The translations under genes were made by a program, and so were the position numbers. The notes under the pieces are model-generated. The model did not search any database, was not told the DNA's origin, and saw only the letters and a list, made by a program, of their open reading frames with translations. 64,000 nt of DNA from Squalus acanthias (Eukaryota): NCBI GenBank assembly GCA_030390025.1, contig CM059433.1:10356001-10420000 (forward strand). Reading direction: 5' to 3'. Each line of letters begins with the position of its first letter. Position 1 is the stretch's first letter. This document shows positions 48,613 through 61,400 of the stretch, one piece after another.

Positions 48613-49061
48613 TGTATTTCTAACACTTCCTGTTTTATTATAAAGCAACCTGGGACTTCCCTGTTCTCTATGGCTCAGTATCAAACGACAGCCGCTTTTT
48701 ATGCTGGCACTCGTGGATTGTTGGAGACTGATGTTTGTGAAAGGGCTTCACGAGCTGAGGCTCCCTTATCTCATGTGAAAATTGCAGATTCTCGTCCGTA
48801 ATTTCTACAGAGTTTTTCCCAATCTCCTGCTGTAATTTCAGTGGAAGAGCGGTGGAAATCCTGGAGAAACGGCATAAAAGACCTGTGCACCGTGGCCCTG
48901 AAGCAAAAGTCAGGAAAAGCTACCCCTGTTGCCACAAATAATTTATATAAACACCTGGCTATAGGCAAACTTCCCTCGTCAATAGGGTTGCCAACTCAGG
49001 TTGGAGGGCTTCCTGGATGTGTGAGCATGATGCATTTGATCAGGTGACATCTGCTCACATG

Positions 49062-49825
49062 ACATAAGAACATAAGAAACAGGAGCAGGAGTCGGCCATT
49101 TGGCCCCTCGAGCCTGCTCCGCCATTCAATATAATCGTGGCTGATCTGATCTTGGCCTAAACTCCACTTTCCCGTCCACTCCCCATAACCCTTGACTCCC
49201 CTGTAGCTCAAATATCTGTCTATCTCCGCCTTGAATATATTCATTGACTCCGCCTCCACAGCTCTCTGGGGAAGAGAATTCCAAAGATTCACAACCCTCT
49301 GAGAGAAGAAATTCCTCCTCATCGCCGTCTTAAATGGGCGACCCCTTATCCTGAAACTATGCCCCCTAGTTCTAGATACCCCCACGAGGGGAAACATCCT
49401 CCCTGCATCTACCTTGTCGAGCCCCCTCAGAATCTTATATGTTTCAATAAGATCACCTCTCATTCTTCTAAACTCCAATGAGTATCGGCCCAACCTGCTC
49501 AGCCTTTCATCATAAGACAACCCCTTCATCTCAGGAATCAACCCAGTGAACCTTCTTTGAACTGCCTCCAATGCAAATATATCCCTCCTTAAATAAGGAG
49601 ACCAAAACTGCACGCAGTACTCCAGGTGTGGTCTCACCAGCGCCCTGTACAGTTGTAGCAGGACTTCCCTACTTTTATACTCTATCCCCCTTGCAATAAA
49701 GGCCAACACTCCATTTGCCTTCCTAATTACTTGCTGTACCTGCATGCTAACTTTTTGTGTTTCATGTACGAGTACCCTCAGATCCCTCTGTACCGCAGCA
49801 TTTTGTAGTCTCTCTCCATTTAAAT
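49062..49825 (-). mobile_element. CR1 LINE 3' fragment, young
   Basis: 249-aa ORF QVQQVIRKANGVLAFIARG...LVRPHLEYCVQFWSPYL...; (CATAAGAA) tail. Confidence 0.95.
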
Positions 49826-49866
49826 GATTGGCTCGCAGTTTGCAAATGTCATTGTATTTACCTTAC

Positions 49867-50003
49867 AGATGTTGGGTGCCCTGTAGTTGAGTATCTTTGG
49901 TTGTGGTTTTGTGTCAGCAGCTGTCGCACGGGATGCTCCAAGAACCAGGAGGCCGCCCGCGAGCAGGTGCAGAAAGTACACTGGTGCAAACCACAGGTGT
50001 GAA
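49867..50003 (-). CDS. Candidate 137-bp exon encoding a signal-peptide-like segment
   Basis: Acceptor ctctttatctcatttgcag, donor T|GTAAGG; frame SHLWFAPVYFLHLLAGGLLVLGASRATAADTKPQPKILNYRAPNI. Confidence 0.35.
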
Positions 50004-50122
50004 CTGCAAATGAGATAAAGAGTGAACTCAACTTTTCTCCCGGGTTGCTAGCAGCAGTGTCCAGGAGATTAATCTCCCATTCCTGGAAACTCCCAGACAA
50101 TCCGGGAGGGTGGGCAAACTGA

Positions 50123-51082
50123 CCATAGGAACATAGGAACTGGAGGAGGCCAATGAGCCCCTTGAGCCTGTTCCGCCATTCAATGAGATCATGGCTGATC
50201 TGCGACCTAACTCCATATACCCGCCTTTGGCCCATATCCCTTAATATCTTTGGTTAACAAAAAACTATCAATCTCCGATTTAAAATTAACAATGATCTAG
50301 CATCAACTGCCATTTGCGGAAGAGAGTTGCAAACTTCTCCCACCCTTTGTGTGTAGAAGTGTTTCCTAATTTCACTCCTGAAAGGCCTGGCTCTAATTTT
50401 TAGACTATGCCCCCTAGTCCGAGAATCCCCAACCAGCGGAAATAGTTTCTCTCTCTCTACCCTAGCTGTTCCCCTTAATATCCTGAAAACTTCGATCAGG
50501 TCACCCCTTAAGCTTCTAAATTCTAGGGAACACAACCCTAATTTGTGTAATCTCTCCTCATAACTTAACCCTTAGAGTCCAGGTATCATTCTGGTAAACC
50601 TACGCTGCACTCCCTCCAAGGCTAATATATCCTTCCTAAGCTGTGGTGCCCAGAACTGCTCACAGTACTCCAGGTGTGGTCTAACCAGGGTTTTGTATTG
50701 CTGCAGCAGAACTTCTACCCCCCTTGTATTCTAGACCTCTAGACATAAAGGCCAGCATTCCATTAGCCTTTTTGATTATTTTCTGTACCTGTTAATGACA
50801 TTTTAATGATCTATGTACCTGGACCTCCAAGTCTCTTTGGACCTCCACTGTTTTTAGCTTTTCCCCATTTAGAAAGTCCCCTGTTCTATCCTTTTTAGGT
50901 CCAAAGTGGATATCCTCACATTTGCCTACATTGAAATCCATTTGCCACAGTTTTGCCCATTCACTTAATCTGTCAATAGCCCTTTGTAATTTTATGCTTT
51001 CATCTACACTGCCTACAATGCCGCCTATCTTTGTGTCATTGGCAAATTTGGGAATATGACTTTCCATGCCATCATCTAAGTT
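50123..51082 (-). mobile_element. CR1 LINE 3' fragment
   Basis: KFANDTKIGG...LSEWAKLWQMDFNVGKC; LEFRSLRGDLIEVFRIL. Confidence 0.9.
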
Positions 51083-51159
51083 GTGAAGGACCATAATCCT
51101 GATCCCTACCCACTGATCTGTGATAGACAGGGGAACCATCAGCCAGGGTTTCAATTTTG

Positions 51160-51309
51160 ATCTGTAAGTTCCCACTCCAATCTGTCAATTCCCACCCCGA
51201 TCTGTTAATTCCAGCTCTGATCTGTCAATTCCCACTCCAATCTGTCAATTCCCATTCCAATCTGTCAATTCTCTCTGTGATCTGTCAATTCCCGCTCCAA
51301 TTTGTCAAT
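51160..51309. repeat. 20-bp minisatellite, about 7.5 copies
   Basis: Unit ATCTGTCAATTCCCACTCCA with variants. Confidence 0.9.
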
Positions 51310-51574
51310 GTCAAACCCACACCTTCCTACCTGCCTCTGTGGTGCTGCGGACACTGCCTATCACCAGATTGAGTGATCCCTCCTGGTCCCTCCTGCTCGC
51401 AGCAGTGCCAGGGAGCAATCTGCCCCACTCCATAGCATTCGGGCTGCCTCATACCGTTGCTCTCCGCACTGTATCTTTCACAGGCTGGTTACCTCCACAA
51501 CCACACTGTGCCTCACCCAACCTCAGCAGAACAACATTAAAGCCATTGCAGTAAGCTGTATATAAAATGTATTT

Positions 51575-51700
51575 TAAGGGATATGGGGATAGTACAAGAA
51601 AGTGGAGTTGAGGTCGAAGATCAGCCATGATCTTATTGAATGGCGGAGCAGGCTCGAAGGGCCGAATGGCTGACTCCTGCTCCTATTTCTTATGTTCTTA
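51575..51700 (+). mobile_element. CR1 3' UTR fragment
   Basis: Matches 4728-4850. Confidence 0.85.
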
Positions 51701-52438
51701 TTTAAAAAAACATCTACACAGATTTTCAAGCAAGTTCTGTATTCTGCGGGTTTATAGATCTTACTGGCTAGATCCCTCGATGGCTAATGGTTAAAGGCAT
51801 CATCTGACACGATGCTGTGTAATACAATTCAGAATGTCAAGTGCTGACCGAGCTGATCTGAGTTAAGGTACTGCAATTAGCCTTAGCGCCACTGGCCTGG
51901 GGAGGGGTAAACGTCAGTAAGAGTCGCGGAGTCCATAAAATGGACCCTCAGCTGAGAACGCATTTGCCTGTTAAGGAGAATCAATAACTGGGCAAGGTAC
52001 CTGAGGGCTGCCGACACTTAAGGAATCGTACCCCAGCTCGGGAAAGGAGGGAGAAAATTGGGGAAGAAAAACACAAGTATACGCACTTTGCGAACCCACT
52101 TAATTCCTGTCTGCGGTGAGCTGCCGCTGTATCCTGTATCGTTTGGCTTCTAAAGCATGGGTGTGGATATTTTCAGCTGGGGTAACAGCAACATTGGCAG
52201 AAACACAAACAGCGCTGCTGGTAAGAGTCTGCTCTGTAATAAACTCCAGCCACTGGAGCTATTTAAACTTTTGCGAGCTTTTACAACTGAACATGTCATG
52301 GTTCCAGCTTTCCATTTAACCATCCACGTGGCACAGCAGTCGCTAACGAACCGAAGTATCCACCCTATTTTAACTCAATGTGCGGCTGAAATTTTGTTCA
52401 TATAGCGTTGTCTGAAATCACGACTCATAGCGCTGCAC

Positions 52439-55400
52439 TTTGTCTGAGATCGGGAGTGTTGGCGCTGTGAGTTGTCTGAGATCGGGAGTGTTGGCGCTGT
52501 GAGTTGTCTGAGATCGGGAGTGTTGGTGCTGTGCATTGTCTGAGATCGGGAGTGTTGGCGCTGTGCATTGTCTGAGATCGGGAGTGTTGGCGCTGTGAGT
52601 TGTCTGAGATCGGGAGTGTTGGTGCTGTGCATTGTCTGAGATCGGGAGTGTTGGCGCTGTGCATTGTCTGAGATCGTGAATGTTGGCGCTGTGCATTGTC
52701 TGAGATCGGGAGTGTTGGCGCTGTGCACTGTCTGAGATCGGGAGTGTTGGCGCTGTGCATTGTCTGAGATCGGGAGTGTTGGCGCTGCGCCTTGTCTGAG
52801 ATCGGGAGTGTTGGTGCTGTGCACTGTCTGAGATTGGGAGTGTTGCCTCTGTGCACTGTCTGAGATCGGCAGTGTTGGCGCTGTGTGTTGTATGAGATCG
52901 GGAGTGTTGGCACTGTGTGTTGTCTGAGATCGGGAGTGTTGGTGCTGTGCACTGTCTGAGATCGGGAGTGTTGGCGCTGTGTGTTGTCTGAGATCGGGAG
53001 TGTTGGCGCTGTGCGTTGTCTGAGATCGGCAGTGTTGGCGCTGTGTGTTGTCTGAGATCGGGAGTGTTGGCACTGTGCATTGTCTGAGATCGGGAGTGTT
53101 GGCGCTGTGCACTGTCTGAGATCGGGAGTGTTGGCGCTGTGCACCTTATCTGAGATCGGGAGTGTTGGTGCTGTGCGTTGTCTGAGATTGGGAGTGTTGG
53201 TGCTGTGCGTTGTCTGAGATCGGGAGTGTTGGCGCTGTGCCTTGTCTGAGATCGGGAGTGTTGGTGCTGTGCGTTGTCTGAGATCGGGAGTGTTGGCGCT
53301 GTGCGTTGTCTGAGATCAGGAGTGTTGGCGCTGTGCATTGTCTGAGATCGGGAGTGTTGGCGCTGTGCACTGTCTGAGATCGGGAGTGTTGGCGCTGTGC
53401 ACTGTCTGAGATCGGGAGTGTTGGCGCTCTGCATTGTCTGAGATCGGGAGTGTTGGCACTGTGCATTGTCTGAGATCGGGAGTGTTGGCGCTGTGCACCT
53501 TATCTGAGATCGGGAGTGTTGGTGCTGTGCCTTGTCTGAGATCAGGAGTGTTGGCGCTGTGCACTGTCTGAGATTGGGAGTGTTGGCGCTGTGCACTGTC
53601 TGAGATTGGGAGTGTTGGTGCTGTGCACTGTCTGAGATCGGGTGTGTTGGTGCTGTGCGTTGTCTGAGATTGGGAGTGTTGGTGCTGTGCACTGTCTGAG
53701 ATCGGGAGTGTTGGCGCTGTGCACTGTCTGAGATTGGGAGTGTTGGTGCTGTGCACTGTCTGAGATCGGGAGTGTTGGTGCTGTGCGTTGTCTCAGATCG
53801 GGAGTGTTGGTGCTGTGCACTGTCTGAGATCGGGAGTGTTGGCTCTGTGCATTGTCTGAGATCGGGAGTGTTGGCGCTGTGCGTTGTCTGAGATTGGGAG
53901 TGTTGGCGCTGTGCGTTGTCTGAGATTGGGAGTGTTGGCGCTGTGCGTTGTCTGAGATCGGGAGTGTTGGCGCTGAGCACTGTCTGAGATCGGGAGTGTT
54001 GGCACTGTGAGTTGTCTGAGATTGGGAGTGTTAGCTCTGTGAGTTGTCTGAGATCGGCAGTGTTGGTGCTGTGTGTTGTCTGAGATCAGGAGTGTTGGCA
54101 CTGTGTGTTGTCTGAGATCGGGAGTGTTGGCTCTGTGCATTGTCTGAGATCGGGAGTGTTGGCTCTGTGCACTGTCTGAGATCGTGAGTGTTGCCTCTGT
54201 GCACTGTCTGAGATCGGGAGTGTTGGCGCTGTGCATTGTCTGAGATCGGGAGTGTTGGCGCTGTGCACTGTCTGCGATCGGGAGTGTTGGCACTGTGCAC
54301 TGTCTGAGATCGGGAGTGTTGGCGCTGTGCACCTTATCTGAGATCGGGAGTGTTGGCGCTGTGCGTTGTCTGAGATCGGGAGTGTTGGTGCTGTGCGTTG
54401 TCTGAGATCGGAAGTGTTGGCGCTGTGCCTTGTCTGAGATCGGGAGTGTTGGCGCTGTGCGTTGTCTGAGATCTCGAGGGTTGGCGCTGTGAGTTGTCTG
54501 AGATCGGCAGTTTTGGTGCTGTGTGTTGTCTGAGATCAGGAGTGTTGGCGCTGTGCGTTGTCTGAGATCGGGAGTGTTGACGCTGTGCACTGTCTGAGAT
54601 CGGGAGTGCTGGCGCTGTGCATTGTCTGAGATCGGGAGTGTTGGCGCTGTGCACTGTCTGAGATCGGGAGTGTTGGCGCTGTGCATTGTCTGAGATCGGG
54701 AGTGTTGGCGCTGTGCATTGTCTGAGATCGGGAGTGTTGGCGCTGTGTGTTGTCTGAGATCGGGAGTGTTGGCGCTGTGCATTGTCTGAGATCGGGAGTG
54801 TTGGTGCTGTGCACTGTCTGAGATCGGGAGTGTTGGCGCTGTGCATTGTCTGAGATCGGGAGTGTTGGCGCTGTGCGTTGTCTGAGATCGGGAGTGTTGG
54901 CGCTGTGCGTTGTCTGAGATCGGGAGTGTTGGCGCTCTGCATTGTCTGAGATCGGGAGTGATGGCACTGTGCATTGTCTGAGATCGGGAGTGATGGCACT
55001 GTGCATTGTCTGAGATCGGGAGTGATGGCACTGTGCACTGTCTGAGATCGGGAGTGTTGGCGCTGTGCACCTTATCTGAGATCGGGAGTGTTGGCGCTGT
55101 GCGTTGTCTGAGATCGGGAGTGTTGGTGCTGTGCGTTGTCTGAGATCGGCAGTGTTGGTGCTGTGTGTTGTCTGAGATCGGTAGGATTGGCACTGTGCGT
55201 TGTCTGAGATCGGGAGGGTTGGCGCTGTGAGTTGTCTGAGATCGGCAGTTTTGGTGCTGTGTGTTGTCTGAGATCGGGAGTGTTTGCGCTGTGTGTTGTC
55301 TGAGATCGGGAGTGTTTGCGCTGTGTGTTGTCTGAGATCGGGAGTGTTGGCGCTGTGCGTTGTCTGAGATCGGGAGTGTTGGCGCTCTGCATTGTCTGAG

Positions 55401-58400
55401 ATCGGGAGTGTTGGTGCTGTGCGTTGTCTGAGATCGGGAGTGTTGGCGCTGTGCGTTGTCTGAGATCTCGGGGGTTGGCGCTGTGAGTTGTCTGAGATCG
55501 GGAGTGTTAGCTCTGTGAGTTGTCTGAGATCGGCAGTTTTGGTGCTGTGTGTTGTCTGAGATCAGGAGTGTTGGCGCTGTGCGTTGTCTGAGATCGGGAG
55601 TGTTGACGCTGTGCACTGTCTGAGATCGGGAGTGCTGGCGCTGTGCATTGTCTGAGATCGGGAGTGTTGGCGCTGTGCACTGTCTGAGATCGGGAGTGTT
55701 GGCGCTGTGCATTGTCTGAGATCGGGAGTGTTGGCGCTGTGTGTTGTCTGAGATCGGGAGTGTTGGCGCTGTGCATTGTCTGAGATCGGGAGTGTTGGTG
55801 CTGTGCACTGTCTGAGATCGGGAGTGTTGGCGCTGTGCGTTGTCTGAGATCGGGAGTGTCGGCGCTGTGCGTTGTCTGAGATCGGGAGTGTTGGCGCTGT
55901 GCCTTGTCTGAGATCGGGAGTGTTGGCGCTCTGCATTGTCTGAGATCGGGAGTGATGGCACTGTGCATTGTCTGAGATCGGGAGTGATGGCACTGTGCAC
56001 TGTCTGAGATCGGGAGTGTTGGCGCTGTGCACCTTATCTGAGATCGGGAGTGTTAGTGCTGTGCACTGTCTGAAATCGGGAGTGTTGACACTGTGCATTG
56101 TCTGAGATCGGGAGTGTTGGTGCTGTGCATTGTCTGAGATCGGGAGTGTTGGCGCTGTGCGTTGTCTGAGATCGGGAGTGTTGGTGCTGTGCGTTGTCTG
56201 AGATTGGGAGTGTTGGCGCTGTGCACTGTCTGAGATCGGGAGTGTTGGCGCTGTGCACTGTCTGAGATCGGGAGTGTTAGTGCTGTGCACTGTCTGAAAT
56301 CGGGAGTGTTGACACTGTGCATTGTCTGAGATCGGGAGTGTTGGTGCTGTGCACTGTCTGAGATCGGGAGTGTTGGCGCTGTGCGTTGTCTGAGATCGGG
56401 AGTGTTGGTGCTGTGCGTTGTCTGAGATCGGGAGTGTTGGCGCTGTGCACTGTCTGAGATCGGGAGTGTTGGCGCTGTGCACTGTCTGAGATCGGGAGTG
56501 TTGGCGCTGTGCGTTGTCTGAGATCGGGAGTGTTGGTGCTGTGCGTTGTCTGAGATCGGCAGTGTTGGTGCTGTGTGTTGTCTGAGATCGGGAGTGTTGG
56601 CACTGTGCGTTGTCTGAGATCGGGAGGGTTGGCGCTGTGAGTTGTCTGAGATCGGGAGTGTTTGCGCTGTGTGTTGTCTGAGATCGGGAGTGTTTGCGCT
56701 GTGTGTCGTCTGAGATCAGGAGTGTTGGCACTGTGAGTTGTCTGAGATTGGGAGTGTTTGCGCTGTGTGTTGTCTGAGATCGGGAGTGTTGGCTCTGTGC
56801 ATTGTCTGAGATCAGGAGTGTTGGCTCTGTGCACTGTCTGAGATCGGGAGTGTTGGTGCTGTGCATTGTCTGAGATTGGGAGTGTTGGCTCTGTGCACTG
56901 TCAGAGATCGGGAGTGTTGGCGCTATGCGTTGTCTGAGATCAGGAGTGTTGGCACTGTGAGTTGTCTGAGATCGGCAGTGTTGGTGCTGTGCATTGTCTG
57001 AGATTGGGAGTGTTGGCTCTGTGTGTTGTCTGAGATTGGGAGTGTTGGCTCTGTGCACTGTCTGAGATCGGGAGTGTTGCCTCTGTGCACTGTCAGAGAT
57101 CGGGAGTGTTGCGTCTGTGCATTGTCTGAAATTGGGAGTGTTGGCTCTGTGCACTGTCTGAGATCGGGAGTGTTGGCGCTATGCGTTGTCTGAGATCAGG
57201 AGTGTTGGCACTGTGTGTTGTCTGAGATCAGGAGTGTTGGCACTGTGTGTTGTCTGAGATCGGCAGTGTTGGTGCTGTGCATTGTCTGAGATCGGGAGTG
57301 TTGGTGCTGTGTGTTGTCTGAGATCGGGAGTGTTGGCGCTGTGTGTTGTCTGAGATCGGGAGTGTTGGCGCTGTGCATTGTCTGAGATCGGGAGTGTTGG
57401 CGCTGTGCACTGTCTGAGATCGGGAGTGTTGGCGCTGTGCACTGTCTGAGATCGGGAGTGTTGGCGCTGTGCGTTGTCTGAGATCGGGAGTGTTGGTGCT
57501 GTGCGTTGTCTGAGATCGGCAGTGTTGGTGCTGTGTGTTGTCTGAGATCGGGAGTGTTGGCACTGTGCGTTGTCTGAGATCGGGAGGGTTGGCGCTGTGA
57601 GTTGTCTGAGATCGGGAGTGTTTGCGCTGTGTGTTGTCTGAGATCGGGAGTGTTTGCGCTGTGCATTGTCTGAGATCAGGAGTGTTGGTGCTGTGTGTCG
57701 TCTGAGATCAGGAGTGTTGGCACTGTGAGTTGTCTGAGATTGGGAGTGTTTGCGCTGTGTGTTGTCTGAGATCGGGAGTGTTGGCTCTGTGCATTGTCTG
57801 AGATCAGGAGTGTTGGCTCTGTGCACTGTCTGAGATCGGGAGTGTTGGTGCTGTGCATTGTCTGAGATTGGGAGTGTTGGCTCTGTGCACTGTCAGAGAT
57901 CGGGAGTGTTGGCGCTATGCGTTGTCTGAGATCAGGAGTGTTGGCACTGTGAGTTGTCTGAGATCAGCAGTGTTGGTGCTGTGCATTGTCTGAGATTGGG
58001 AGTGTTGGCTCTGTGCACTGTCTGAGATCGGGAGTGTTGCCTCTGTGCACTGTCAGAGATCGGGAGTGTTGCGTCTGTGCATTGTCTGAAATTGGGAGTG
58101 TTGGCTCTGTGCACTGTCTGAGATCGGGAGTGTTGGCGCTATGCGTTGTCTGAGATCAGGAGTGTTGGCACTGTGTGTTGTCTGAGATCAGGAGTGTTGG
58201 CACTGTGTGTTGTCTGAGATCGGCAGTGTTGGTGCTGTGCATTGTCTGAGATCGGGAGTGTTGGTGCTGTGTGTTGTCTGAGATCGGGAGTGTTGGCGCT
58301 GTGTGTTGTCTGAGATCGGGAGTGTTGGTTGGCGCTGTGCATTGTCTGAGATCGGGAGTGTTGGCGCTGTGCACTGTCTGAGATCGGGAGTGTTGGCTCT

Positions 58401-61400
58401 GTGCACTGTCTGAGATCGGGAGTGTTGGCGCTGTGCGTTGTCTGAGATCGGGAGTGTTGGTGCTGTGCGTTGTCTGAGATCGGCAGTGTTGGTGCTGTGT
58501 GTTGTCTGAGATCGGGAGTGTTGGCACTGTGCGTTGTCTGAGATCGGGAGGGTTGGCGCTGTGAGTTGTCTGAGATCGGGAGTGTTTGCGCTGTGTGTTG
58601 TCTGAGATCGGGAGTGTTTGCGCTGTGTGTTGTCTGAGATCAGGAGTGTTGGCACTGTGAGTTGTCTGAGATCGGGAGTGTTTGCGCTGTGTGTTGTCTG
58701 AGATCGGGAGTGTTGGCTCTGTGCATTGTCTGAGATCGGGAGTGTTGGCTCTGTGCATTGTCTGAGATCAGGAGTGTTGGCTCTGTGCACTGTCTGAGAT
58801 CGGAAGTGTTGGTGCTGTGCATTGTCTGAGATTGGGAGTGTTGGCTCTGTGCACTGTCAGAGATCGGGAGTGTTGGCGCTATGCGTTGTCTGAGATCAGG
58901 AGTGTTGGCACTGTGAGTTGTCTGAGATCGGCAGTGTTGGTGCTGTGCATTGTCTGAGATTGGGAGTGTTGGCTCTGTGCACTGTCTGAGATCGGGAGTG
59001 TTGCCTCTGTGCACTGTCAGAGATCGGGAGTGTTGCGTCTGTGCATTGTCTGAAATTGGGAGTGTTGGCTCTGAGCACTGTCTGAGATCGGGAGTGTTGG
59101 CGCTATGCGTTGTCTGAGATCAGGAGTGTTGGCACTGTGTGTTGTCTGAGATCAGGAGTGTTGGCACTGTGTGTTGTCTGAGATCGGCAGTGTTGGTGCT
59201 GTGCATTGTCTGAGATCAGGAGTGTTGGTGCTGTGTGTTGTCTGAGATCGGGAGTGTTGGCGCTGTGTGTTGTCTGAGATCGGGAGTGTTGGCGCTGTGC
59301 ATTGTCTGAGATCGGGAGTGTTGGCGCTGTGCACTGTCTGAGATCGGGAGTGTTGGCTCTGTGCACTGTCTGAGATCGGGAGTGTTGGCGCTGTGCACTG
59401 TCTGAGATCGGGAGTGTTGGTGCTGTGCATTGTCTGAGATCGGGAGTGTTGGCTCTGTGCACTGTCTGAGATCGGGAGTGTTGGCTCTGTGCACTGTCTG
59501 AGATCGGGAGTGTTGGCTCTGTGCACTGTCTGAGATCGGGAGTGTTGGCTCTGTGCACTGTCTGAGATCGGGAGTGTTGGTGCTGTGCATTGTCTGAGAT
59601 CGGGAGTGTTGGCGCTGTGCACTGTCTGAGATCGGGAGTGTTGGCGCTGTGCACTGTCTGAGATCGGGAGTGTTGGCGCTGTGCATTGTCTGAGATCGGG
59701 AGTGTTGGCGCTGTGCACCTTATCTGAGATCGGGAATGTTGGCGCTGTGCGTTGTCTGAGATCGGGAGTGTTGGCGCTGTGCATTGTCTGAGATCGGGAG
59801 TGTTGGCGCTGTGCACTGTCTGAGATCGGGAGTGTTGGCGCTGTGCACCTTATCTGAGATCGGGAATGTTGACGCTGTGCATTGTCTGAGATCAGAAGTG
59901 TTGGCGCTGTGCCTTGTCTGAGATCGGGAGTGTTGGCGCTATGCCTTGTCTGAGATCCGGAGTGTTGGCACTGTGCATTGTCTGAGATCGGGAGTGTTGG
60001 CGCTGTGCACTGTCTGAGATCGGGAGTGTTGGCGCTGTGCGTTGTCTGAGATCGGGAGTGTTGGCGCTGTGCGTTGTCTGAGATCTTGGGGGTTGGCGCT
60101 GTGAGTTGTCTGTGATCGGGAGTGTTGGTGCTGTGCGTTGTCTGAGATTGGGAGTGTTGGCGCTGTGCCTTGTCTGAGATCGGGAGTGTTGGCGCTGTGC
60201 GTTGTCTGAGATCTCGGGGGTTGGCGCTGTGAGTTGTCTGAGATCGGGAGTGTTAGTTCTGTGAGTTGTCTGAGATCGGCAGTTTTGGTGCTGTGTGTTG
60301 TCTAAGATCGGGAGTGTTGGCGCTGTGCGTTGTCTGAGATCGTGCGTGTTGGCGCTGTGCACTGTCTGAGATCGGGAGTGTTGGTGCTGTGCATTGTCTG
60401 AGATCGGGAGTGTTGGCGCTGTGCATTGTCTGAGATCGGGAGTGTTGGCGCTGTGCATTGTCTGAGATCGGGAGTGTTGGCGCTGTGTGTTGTCTGAGAT
60501 CGGGGTGTTGGCGCTGTGCGTTGTCTGAGATCGGGAGTGTTGGTGCTGTGCGTTGTCTGAGATTGGGAGTGTTGGCGCTGTGCCTTGTCTGAGATCGGGA
60601 GTGTTGGCACTGTGCGTTGTCTGAGATCGGGGGTTGGCGCTGTGAGTTGTCTGAGATCGGGAGTGTTAGTTCTGTGAGTTGTCTGAGATCGGCAGTTTTG
60701 GTGCTGTGTGTTGTCTGAGATCAGGAGTGTTGGCGCTGTGCACTGTCTGAGATCGGGAGTGTTGGCGCTGTGCAGTGTCTGAGATCGGGAGTGTTGGTGC
60801 TGTGCATTGTCTGAGATCGGGAGTGTTGGCGCTGTGCATTGTCTGAGATCGGGAGTGTTGGCGCTGTGCATTGTCTGAGATCGGGAGTGTTGGCGCTGTG
60901 TGTTGTCTGAGATCGGGGGTGTTGGCGCTGTGTGTTGTCTGAGATCGGGAGTGTTGGTGCTGTGCACTGTCTGAGATCGGGAGTGTTGGCGCTGTGCATT
61001 GTCTGAGATCGGGAGTGTTGGCGCTGTGCATTGTCTGAGATCGGGAGTGTTGGCGCTGTGTGTTGTCTGAGATCGGGAGTGTTGGCGCTGTGCATTGTCT
61101 GAGATCGGGAGTGTTGGTGCTGTGCACTGTCTGAGATCGGGAGTGTTGGCGCTGTGCGTTGTCTGAGATCGGGAGTGTTGGCGCTGTGCGTTGTCTGAGA
61201 TCGGGAGTGTTGGCGCTCTGCATTGTCTGAGATCGGGAGTGATGGCACTGTGCATTGTCTGAGATCGGGAGTGATGGCACTGTGCACTGTCTGAGATCGG
61301 GAGTGTTGGCGCTGTGCACCTTATCTGAGATCGGGAGTGTTAGTGCTGTGCACTGTCTGAGATCGGGAGTGTTGGCGCTGTGCGTTGTCTGAGATCGGGA

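Larger units (their letters stand above)
48983..50122. mobile_element. hAT-like TIR remnants flanking a CR1 and a unique island
   Basis: Left TAGGGTTGCCAACTC; right GGAGGGTGGGCAAACTGA (degenerate inverted copy); no TSD seen. Confidence 0.4.
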
